Assembly: GCA_016930515.1 (NCBI GenBank)
Contig: JAFGGO010000121.1
Location: forward strand, 1 to 10,770
DNA length: 10,770 bases
Source: Promethearchaeota archaeon
Lineage (GTDB): Archaea > Asgardarchaeota > Lokiarchaeia > Sigyniarchaeales > SOKP01
Direction: 5' to 3'
The number at the start of each line of letters is the position of its first letter. Position 1 is the stretch's first letter. Below, piece after piece: positions 1-6,756 of the stretch. The notes beneath the pieces were generated by a model that saw nothing but the letters and a program-made list of their open reading frames with translations, searched no databases and was not told the DNA's origin. Both the position numbers and the translations under genes were made by a program.

Positions 1-72
1 AGGAATGAAGCATTTCCAATGGATTTTTCGGTTTATTAAATATTAAATGGAAAAAAAAATAAAAAAAATATC

Positions 73-175
73 CGAAATGGTGTAAACTCATTGATTCGTT
101 CATTATATCAAATAATATCATGTTCTTTCTTCAAATTGTTATTATGCTTCCTGAGGAATTAATTATACCATTTCG
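73..175. repeat. 13-bp imperfect inverted repeat enclosing 77 nt
   Basis: cgaaatggtgtaa (73-85) pairs with ttataccatttcg (163-175): 12 Watson-Crick pairs plus one G-T. Confidence 0.5.
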
Positions 176-384
176 ATGCATAATGATGCATTAATAGAAG
201 TAAAAAAAATAAGTCGCAAAATTGTTAGATCCAACTATAATGAAATAGTTTCTTGAATCAGTATCAATTTTGAATCATAATGCTTCTAAGATTGTGATAT
301 CCTTCAAGTTTAAATACAATTACATGTTCTTACATAAGAAGGATCGTTTACTTAGCTTTACATAATTGTTTTAGGATATTAAAA

Positions 385-708
385 ATGAAAAAAGAATTAT
401 CAGACTTGTATGAAGAGCTTAAAACCTTGAATTCAAACTTTAAAGAGCTCTCTGGAAACATATCACGCATGGTAAATAACCTATCAGGTGGTATTGACAA
501 AGTTGCCGAGCAAGTTCAAGATTTGAATAAAACGATTAATGAATCCATGAGTTCCGCAACTAAAGCTGTTATTGATATGACTGAAGCGTTTGGAAAGGTA
601 TTAAATATTCTCACAATAGGATCCGATGCAAAAGATAATATCATTAAAGGATTGGGAATTGATAATTTGATTCCCGATTTCATGAAGAAGAAGAAAAAAG
701 ATATTTAA
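385..708 (+). CDS. Hypothetical alpha-helical/coiled-coil protein (107 aa) with polybasic C-terminus
   Basis: ATG-started ORF after an AT-rich intergenic region. Regular hydrophobic periodicity (LYEELKTLNSNFKELSGNISRMVNNLSGGIDKVAEQVQDL) and a C-terminal FMKKKKKDI. No family recognised. Confidence 0.75.
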   Translation: MKKELSDLYEELKTLNSNFKELSGNISRMVNNLSGGIDKVAEQVQDLNKTINESMSSATKAVIDMTEAFGKVLNILTIGSDAKDNIIKGLGIDNLIPDFMKKKKKDI

Positions 709-914
709 ACAAGACTTTTTTTTGTATAATGCCGTACTAAAATGGCAATCGTCAAACTTAAAATATATAAAACGGTAAATATTCCCCAAAAGGAAATTTT
801 AACAGGATCGTTTTCAATTACTCCTTGGATGACCAAATAAACAAAAAAGATCGAAAGTAAAAGAAGTAATTGTAACCTTTTTTCCCAGGTATCCATTTTT
901 CCCCAATTATTCAT
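705..914 (-). CDS. Small two-TM membrane protein (69 aa)
   Basis: Two hydrophobic segments (LLLLLSIFFVYLVIQGVI; ISFWGIFTVLYILSLTIAILV) with basic flanks. Convergent 4-nt overlap with 385..708 and divergent from nfnA. Confidence 0.65.
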   Translation of the reverse strand: MNNWGKMDTWEKRLQLLLLLSIFFVYLVIQGVIENDPVKISFWGIFTVLYILSLTIAILVRHYTKKSLV

Positions 915-1099
915 TTCTGATCAAAAATTTCTCTAATTCTGTATTTAATAATGAAAATCTTCCATTGCATTAAAATAATCGCATCCTATTTCATTTCTCG
1001 TTTGTATTTTAATTACTTTCTTACAAAAGTAAATAACAAATTAAATATTGTATTTTTTATTTACCTAAACAGTATCAATTATTCGATCAAATTCTAAAA

Positions 1100-1984
1100 A
1101 TGCCATATAAAATTTTAAAGAAAATAGAACTAGGAAATAGCGGCTCGTTGATTGAAATGGATATCAAAGCGCCATTGATTGCCAAAAAAGCCAGGGCAGG
1201 AAATTTTTTATTGTTACGAATAAATGAAACTGGCGAAAGATTTCCCTTAACCGTTGCCGATTACGATAGAGAAGCGGGAACAGTCACAATAGTATTTCAA
1301 GTAGTAGGAAAAAGTACGAAACATTTAGCATCTTTATCCCAAGGAGGCGAGATTTTAGATGTTGTTGGACCTTTAGGAAACGAGATACATGTGAAAAAAT
1401 ACGATAAACCTATCGTTATTATTGGAGGGGGGGTTGGAATTGCACCTTGTTATCCTCAAGCAAAGGAACTCAAGGAGGCGGGAAATAAAATCATCACGAT
1501 AATCGGAGCACGAAACAAGGAATTACTTTTTTGGAGGGAAAAAATGGCCGCTGTTAGCGACGACCTTATAATCTGTACTGACGACGGAAGCGAAGGAAGA
1601 AAAGGCGTCGTCACTGAACCTTTAAAAGAAATCATTCAAAGAGAAGAAATCGAACATGTTATTGCCATAGGTCCATTGATCATGATGAAATTTGTAACAT
1701 TAACAACAAACGGAAAAGGTGATCTTCCATTAGTCAAAACCTTCGTGTCATTGAATACCATCATGGTAGACGGAACAGGAATGTGTGGAGGTTGTAGGTT
1801 TCTTACCACCAATGGAGATATATATTTTGCTTGTGTGGACGGTCCTGATGTCGATGGTCATATAGTTGATTTCGACAATCTTTTAAAGCGCGCTCGCTAT
1901 ATGGTGGACGAAGAAAAAGTATCGCTTGAAAAATACGATCACGAATGCAAAGCTCTTAAGAAATATGCTCAGGAGGGACATTAA
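1100..1984 (+). CDS. nfnA: NfnA/SudB-type small subunit of NADH-dependent reduced ferredoxin:NADP+ oxidoreductase (FNR/PyrK-like; FAD, NAD(H), [2Fe-2S])
   Basis: Motifs ERFPLTVAD, VVGPLG, GGGVGIAP, TDDGSEG, AIGPLIMMK, SLNTIMVDGTGMCGGCR (Asp/Cys [2Fe-2S] ligands) and FACVDGPDVDGH. Lies directly upstream of an NfnB-domain gene. Confidence 0.93.
   Translation: MPYKILKKIELGNSGSLIEMDIKAPLIAKKARAGNFLLLRINETGERFPLTVADYDREAGTVTIVFQVVGKSTKHLASLSQGGEILDVVGPLGNEIHVKKYDKPIVIIGGGVGIAPCYPQAKELKEAGNKIITIIGARNKELLFWREKMAAVSDDLIICTDDGSEGRKGVVTEPLKEIIQREEIEHVIAIGPLIMMKFVTLTTNGKGDLPLVKTFVSLNTIMVDGTGMCGGCRFLTTNGDIYFACVDGPDVDGHIVDFDNLLKRARYMVDEEKVSLEKYDHECKALKKYAQEGH
1971..1976 (+). promoter_or_regulatory. Shine-Dalgarno sequence for the fusion gene
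   Basis: AGGAGG 9 nt upstream of ATG 1986, which lies 1 nt after the nfnA stop codon (ends 1984). Confidence 0.7.
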
Positions 1985-1985
1985 A

Positions 1986-4700
1986 ATGACATCCGTGTTG
2001 GTAAATATTTTAGAATATAATAAAGATAAAATTATTAAAAATGGAAAATATACAGAAGAGACCTTTCAAACCTTCATTGAATCTTTAAAGGTTGCTGAAG
2101 AAAAACGAGAACAAATAAGGAACAAAATACTGGAAATAGGAAAATTCGACGAAGAAAGATTAGCGAACGAAACTGGTTTTTCTTCCCAAGAACTTTTGCT
2201 TAATGTGGAATACTTATCTGAATTGGGTGTTTTAGAAAAAGCAAACATAAAACCAAATGTATTCAAAAAGCAAGGTAAGTTATCCAAGGTTGAAGGTACT
2301 TTTCCGACGATTGCAATGGTTCGGGACGCAAATCTTTGTTGTGCTTGTGGTTTATGCGTTTCTACTTGCCCTTTAAGTGCGATAAAATATAATGGAGATA
2401 CCCTCGAACTTGACGAAGATATCTGCGTAAATTGTGGTTTGTGTTATGCGTGTTGTCCTCGGACTTTCTTTCCTAAAACACTCAAAACTCACGAGGGATT
2501 TCCAGAAAGAGGCTCAAAATATCTTCCAGCTTTAAACTCGTTTAGTAGTGTTTATACGGCGCGAACTACCGAAGAATCGCTAAAAGATCAAATTCAAGAC
2601 GGGGGAATCGTGACAACATTGCTACTTACCGCTTTTAAAGAAAAGTTGATAAACGCAGCTTTAACCGTGGAAAGTTCGGATAAACCACTTGAACCACGTC
2701 CCGTTATAATCGAAAGCGAAAACGACCTTATAAAGACCTCGGGTACGAAATATGCCAACGCTCATTCTCTGAGCGTTCTAAATTCGATTCAGAAATATGA
2801 TCGAATTGCCGTCGTCGGTACACCCTGCATGATGGAAGCGCTTGAAAAATCTACATATTATCCCCTTGGTAAGTCAACCTATGACAATATTGTTTACAAG
2901 ATAGGATTGTTTTGCATGGAATCGTTTGATTATGAAAGCATTGTTGATCTCGTAAAGAAGGAGTTCAAGAAGAATCCCGAAGACGTGAAAAAAATGGACA
3001 TTAATAAGGGGCGCATGTTTGTAATAAGCAAGAATAACGAGGTTTCAGACATCCCCTTGAAACAAGCACACGCATATCCTCGCTTGGGCTGCTTTTTTTG
3101 CGACGATCTAACCGCAGAACAAGCCGATATTTCGGTGGGTTCCATCGGGTCCGATCCTGGGTGGTCAACCGTTATCGTAAGAACACAGAAGGGTGCAGAT
3201 CTTTTTAAAAAAGCCTTGGAACTTCATCTCGTAGAAAAAAAAGAACTTGATGAGGAAAATAAGAATTTCAAGGCTTTAAGTAGAATTGCCGGATTTAAGC
3301 TTAAGAATTATAAAGAAATCGAGAGAATCAAGATGAAGGAACAACCACCCGAAGAACGAGTAAAAAATTTCGAGGAGGTTCCTTTTGGATACACTTCAGA
3401 GATGGCAATAAAAGAAGCCGAGCGTTGCTTGCAATGCAATAACCCTCAATGTGTTAAAAGTTGTCCGGTCAACATAGACATCCCTGCATTTATCAAACAA
3501 ATCAAGGCAGGAAAATTCCAAGAAGCGATTGCCACCATTAAGGATTATAATGTACTTCCCGCAGTGTGCGGCAGGGTATGCCCTCAAGAAGTACAATGCG
3601 AAGGAGCTTGCTTGTTAGGCGAATGTTACGAACCAGTTGCCATCGGAAACTTAGAAAGGTTTGTCGCTGATTGGGAGCGACAAAGTGCCGTTCGTTCTTG
3701 TCCCGAATGTAAAGTCCCAAATGGTAGGAAAGTAGCGGTCATAGGTTCTGGTCCTGCCGGTTTGACGGTTGCTGCGGATATGGCTCGACAAGGATACGAA
3801 GTAACCGTTTTCGAAGCGTTCCACAAGGGAGGTGGTGTGCTCGTTTATGGAATTCCAGAATTCCGATTACCAAAAGCGATCGTAGCAGAAGAAATAAATA
3901 CGCTCAAGGATATGGGAGTGAAGTTTGTATACAACGCCATTATAGGAAAAATTTTAACCATAGAAGACTTGCAAGAGATGGGATTTGAAGCTTTTTTCGT
4001 GGCTGTAGGAGCAGGATTACCGATAATGATGAAAATGCCTGGTCTCGAATTAAATGGTGTGTTGAGTGCTAATGAATTCCTCACGCGAACCAACCTCATG
4101 AAAGCATATAAGTTTCCAGAATACGATACACCTATTAAAATCGGAAAGAATGTTGCAGTGGTTGGGGGAGGAAATGTGGCAATGGATTCAGCGCGGGTTG
4201 CGTTACGACTTGGTGCGGAGAAAGTGTATCTCATCTATCGAAGGAGCGAAGCTGAGATGCCCGCAAGAAAAGAAGAATATCACCACGGCAAGGAAGAAGG
4301 CATAAAGTTCACATTTTTAACAAACCCCGTTAGAATAATCGGAGATGATAACGGAAATGTGTCCAAATTGGAAGTGATCAAGCAGGAATTGGGTGAGCCC
4401 GACGATTCTGGCCGCAGGAGTCCAAAACCAATACATGGATCAGAATATCAAATCGATGTGGATCTTGTAATTTTAGCTATTGGTACTCGCGCCAATCCCA
4501 TACTCACGAGTTCTTATCCTAAGTTGGAAATTAACAAGTGGGGATATATTTCGACGGACGATCTTGGGAAAACCAACCTCGATTACATGTACGCAGGAGG
4601 TGACATCGTCACTGGTGCCGCCACGGTCATTTCTGCTATGGGCGCTGGAAGAAAAGCTGCCAAGGGCTTATTGATGTATTTTAACAACCACGAGGAATAA
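1986..4700 (+). CDS. nfnB: Fusion protein (904 aa): wHTH-like region + 2x[4Fe-4S] ferredoxin + FrhB/FpoF-like F420-binding domain + NfnB/SudA (GltD-like) large subunit
   Basis: Ferredoxin motifs CCACGLCVSTCP and CVNCGLCYACCP (about 2337-2460). FrhB motifs QDGGIVT, SGTKY, VVGTPC, IGLFCMESF and GCFFCDDLTAEQADISVGSIGS..GWSTVIVRT (about 2550-3310). NfnB motifs from about 3324: EAERCLQC..PQCVKSCPV, CGRVCPQEVQCEGAC, IGSGPAGL, YGIPEFRLPK, GGGNVAMD, YRRS and AGGDIVTGAATVISAMGAG. Start moved from TTG 1926 to ATG 1986 because of the SD and to remove the overlap with nfnA. Confidence 0.92.
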   Translation: MTSVLVNILEYNKDKIIKNGKYTEETFQTFIESLKVAEEKREQIRNKILEIGKFDEERLANETGFSSQELLLNVEYLSELGVLEKANIKPNVFKKQGKLSKVEGTFPTIAMVRDANLCCACGLCVSTCPLSAIKYNGDTLELDEDICVNCGLCYACCPRTFFPKTLKTHEGFPERGSKYLPALNSFSSVYTARTTEESLKDQIQDGGIVTTLLLTAFKEKLINAALTVESSDKPLEPRPVIIESENDLIKTSGTKYANAHSLSVLNSIQKYDRIAVVGTPCMMEALEKSTYYPLGKSTYDNIVYKIGLFCMESFDYESIVDLVKKEFKKNPEDVKKMDINKGRMFVISKNNEVSDIPLKQAHAYPRLGCFFCDDLTAEQADISVGSIGSDPGWSTVIVRTQKGADLFKKALELHLVEKKELDEENKNFKALSRIAGFKLKNYKEIERIKMKEQPPEERVKNFEEVPFGYTSEMAIKEAERCLQCNNPQCVKSCPVNIDIPAFIKQIKAGKFQEAIATIKDYNVLPAVCGRVCPQEVQCEGACLLGECYEPVAIGNLERFVADWERQSAVRSCPECKVPNGRKVAVIGSGPAGLTVAADMARQGYEVTVFEAFHKGGGVLVYGIPEFRLPKAIVAEEINTLKDMGVKFVYNAIIGKILTIEDLQEMGFEAFFVAVGAGLPIMMKMPGLELNGVLSANEFLTRTNLMKAYKFPEYDTPIKIGKNVAVVGGGNVAMDSARVALRLGAEKVYLIYRRSEAEMPARKEEYHHGKEEGIKFTFLTNPVRIIGDDNGNVSKLEVIKQELGEPDDSGRRSPKPIHGSEYQIDVDLVILAIGTRANPILTSSYPKLEINKWGYISTDDLGKTNLDYMYAGGDIVTGAATVISAMGAGRKAAKGLLMYFNNHEE

Positions 4701-4730
4701 TTTCCTCTTTTTTTATACTTCTTTTATTTT
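4701..4730 (+). terminator. Possible archaeal oligo-T terminator after nfnAB
   Basis: tttcctctttttttatacttcttttatttt immediately follows the stop codon. The AT-rich background lowers specificity. Confidence 0.4.
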
Positions 4731-4866
4731 GTTAGAATATATTCGAAATTATTTCTAATCTTAAACAGTTAATACTAACTAATAAACTGTAAAAAAGTAA
4801 ATTTCAAAAGTATATGGCAATTTATTGAATTTGAAATAATTTACAATGAATAGGAATTCGTGAAAC

Positions 4867-6072
4867 ATGAAAGAATTTATTGAAAACGCAAAAAAACATT
4901 TTGAAAACATAATTATCGAGCAATTAGCCAGAATAGAGCAACTTAACTCCCAGAAAGATTGGATGGATTTTTCTACTATCAGTCCTATTGTCATCGGAAT
5001 CGTGGGAGGTGACGGCATTGGCCCTGAAATATCAAAACACGCTAAATCAGTCTTGGAATTTCTTTTAAAGGAACAAATAAAGAACAATAAGGTACAATTT
5101 AAAACAATCGAGGGTTTAACGATAGAAAACCGTGCAAGAGTCTTAAAAGCTATTCCCGATGATGTTCTAGAAGAACTTAAGGATTGTCATGTAATCTTGA
5201 AAGGTCCAACAACAACCCCTAGAAAGGGAGATAAATGGCCTAATATCGAAAGTGCTAATGTATCAATGCGCAGGGAACTTGATCTTTTCGCTAATGTCCG
5301 ACCTGTAAAAGTTCCTGAATTGGACATAGATTGGATGTTTTTTCGAGAAAATACTGAAGGAGCTTATGTGTTAGGTTCCAAGGGGATAAATGTTACGGAC
5401 GATCTAGCTGTTGATTTCAAGGTTATCACGACCCAAGGATCGGAACGTATCATTCGACTAGCGTTCGAGTATGCAAAAAATAATAACATCAATAAGCTAA
5501 CAGTTGTAACAAAAGCAAATGTCGTAAAAACTACGGACGGTAAATTTCTAAGTATTGCCGAAAGAGTTGCAAAAGATTATCCCGAAGTGGAATGGGACGA
5601 TTGGTATATTGACATAATGACGGCAAAGTTGATCGATCCAGCTCGAAGGAGCCAATTCAAAGTCTTAGTGGCTCCTAACCTCTACGGAGACATCATTACC
5701 GATGAGGCAGCTCAAATTCAAGGTGGTGTAGGAACTGCAGGATCAGCTAACATAGGAAAACGATACGCCATGTTCGAAGCAATACATGGTTCAGCACCTC
5801 GAATGGTAGAAGAAGGCAGAATTCAATTCGCAGACCCGTCTAGCATGATCAAGGCAGCTTCACTCTTGTTAAATCACATAGGATATGTAAATTTATCGAG
5901 AAAATTAGATATGGCACTCGACATTTGTGTAGTCTACGAAAAAGATTTTAAAATGACCGGAAGGTCTAACGGCGCTACAGGAGAGCAATTTACGCAATAT
6001 CTCCTAGAAACTCTTCACGACGATAACTTAGAAAAGAAATGGTCTACATTTCAAGCACAAACAAAGAAGTGA
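4867..6072 (+). CDS. icd: Isocitrate/isopropylmalate dehydrogenase family protein, probably isocitrate dehydrogenase
   Basis: GDGIGPEI, LKGPTTTP, ESANVSMRRELDLFANVRP, RENTEG, KANVVK, PNLYGDIITD and FEAIHGSAP. The S-x-N pair matches the isocitrate-binding Ser113/Asn115 of E. coli IDH rather than LeuB. Family assignment is strong, substrate less so. Confidence 0.8.
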   Translation: MKEFIENAKKHFENIIIEQLARIEQLNSQKDWMDFSTISPIVIGIVGGDGIGPEISKHAKSVLEFLLKEQIKNNKVQFKTIEGLTIENRARVLKAIPDDVLEELKDCHVILKGPTTTPRKGDKWPNIESANVSMRRELDLFANVRPVKVPELDIDWMFFRENTEGAYVLGSKGINVTDDLAVDFKVITTQGSERIIRLAFEYAKNNNINKLTVVTKANVVKTTDGKFLSIAERVAKDYPEVEWDDWYIDIMTAKLIDPARRSQFKVLVAPNLYGDIITDEAAQIQGGVGTAGSANIGKRYAMFEAIHGSAPRMVEEGRIQFADPSSMIKAASLLLNHIGYVNLSRKLDMALDICVVYEKDFKMTGRSNGATGEQFTQYLLETLHDDNLEKKWSTFQAQTKK

Positions 6073-6076
6073 TCAA

Positions 6077-6232
6077 ATGTCTGAAAGAGAAAGATGTGAA
6101 AATGAAAAAGATAACAATATTGACGACGAATTAGACAAACAATGGGAAATGCAGGATCAAATACATCATAAGTGCAAAATGCGGGACGATCCTGAAGAAA
6201 AACTGAAAAAATGGAAAGAAAAACACGGTTGA
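6077..6232 (+). CDS. Small charged hypothetical protein (51 aa), absent from the ORF track
   Basis: Manual translation: MSERERCENEKDNNIDDELDKQWEMQDQIHHKCKMRDDPEEKLKKWKEKHG. ATG lies 4 nt after the icd stop, with SD-like GTGAT overlapping that stop. Purine-rich, and fills the gap to the next convergent gene. Confidence 0.6.
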   Translation: MSERERCENEKDNNIDDELDKQWEMQDQIHHKCKMRDDPEEKLKKWKEKHG

Positions 6233-6242
6233 GTTCCTTATA

Positions 6243-6647
6243 TTAGTCGCAATAGGGGTTATCCATGCACATTTCTTTTAATATATGCGAGAACTGCTTA
6301 AATTGAGACACGTTATAAGGATCGAATTTACTTGTGAATTGTTTAATAAATGATCTGGCTATTTTTTCGCCTTTTTCCCTCCAAAGATCTATAGGATCTG
6401 CTTGATCTACTAAAATGATGATATTGATTACATCATCAGGAATAATAATGCAATTATGTCCCTTGTGACCTATAGTGGATATTAATACGACCGTTCCGAT
6501 ATTTAATTCAGCGGATATTTTTTGGATCGCTGAAAGAAATCCACTAAATATATCTCCATGTTCTTCCTTGAATTGAGTGTGATCTTGTCGGTATTCTAAT
6601 AGATTAATTCCTGTCTCAGCGTGTTGAATTAATATTATATCAAGCGT
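6243..6647 (-). CDS. Stand-alone longin-like domain protein (about 134 aa) with no canonical start codon, absent from the ORF track
   Basis: Frame open from 6683 to the TAA at 6243-6245. Manual translation from ACG 6647: (T/M)LDIILIQHAETGINLLEYRQDHTQFKEEHGDIFSGFLSAIQKISAELNIGTVVLISTIGHKGHNCIIIPDDVINIIILVDQADPIDLWREKGEKIARSFIKQFTSKFDPYNVSQFKQFSHILKEMCMDNPYCD. It shows a longin-like beta-beta-alpha-beta-beta-beta-alpha pattern and a DIFSGFLSAIQ helix parallel to DLVSGLLTALN in 8377..9219. Start position is uncertain. Confidence 0.75.
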   Translation of the reverse strand, partial: TLDIILIQHAETGINLLEYRQDHTQFKEEHGDIFSGFLSAIQKISAELNIGTVVLISTIGHKGHNCIIIPDDVINIIILVDQADPIDLWREKGEKIARSFIKQFTSKFDPYNVSQFKQFSHILKEMCMDNPYCD

Positions 6648-6680
6648 ATTATATTCACTATTATTATTTATTAGAAATAT

Positions 6681-6688
6681 TATTTAAA
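6681..6688 (-). promoter_or_regulatory. Candidate TATA box for the 6243..6647 gene
   Basis: TTTAAATA on the - strand, 33 nt upstream of ACG 6647. The AT-rich context makes chance occurrence plausible. Confidence 0.35.
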
Positions 6689-6756
6689 TTCCCGTAATTG
6701 ATATTGTGCACTTTATTTTAATTTTATTGTAATCAATTTGATTTGTAATCTAGATC

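Noticed and set aside
601-789. 62-aa - strand ORF
   Set aside because: Overlaps two more plausible genes and shows no protein-like features.
1100-1984. Dihydroorotate dehydrogenase electron-transfer subunit (pyrK)
   Set aside because: No pyrD is adjacent, the first cluster ligand position is Asp (MVDGTGMC) as in NfnA, and the partner gene is NfnB-like.
1926-1985. TTG start of the 924-aa ORF in the track
   Set aside because: It overlaps nfnA by 59 nt. ATG 1986 has an AGGAGG SD and directly follows the nfnA stop.
2337-3310. F420-reducing [NiFe] hydrogenase or selenoprotein locus
   Set aside because: No FrhA/FrhG or maturation genes are present, and there is no in-frame TGA in the redox ORFs.
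2066-4674. Track ORFs 2066..2287, 2930..3145, 3396..3596, 3538..3720, 3626..3826, 3845..4234 (-) and 4480..4674 (+)
   Set aside because: Shadow frames inside the well-supported fusion gene, with no recognisable motifs.
3324-4700. Annotation as glutamate synthase small subunit (gltD) or F420-dependent glutamate synthase
   Set aside because: No GltB domains are in the window, and pairing with an nfnA-type gene bearing the DGTGMCGGC motif is the NfnAB/SudAB arrangement. A GltB partner encoded elsewhere cannot be fully excluded.
4779-5087. 102-aa - strand ORF
   Set aside because: Antisense shadow of the dehydrogenase 5' end and its upstream region.
6635-6658. GTG at 6658 as the start of the hidden longin gene
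   Set aside because: It is out of frame and stops after 7 codons (VNIIRLI*), so it would need a frameshift for which I see no signal.
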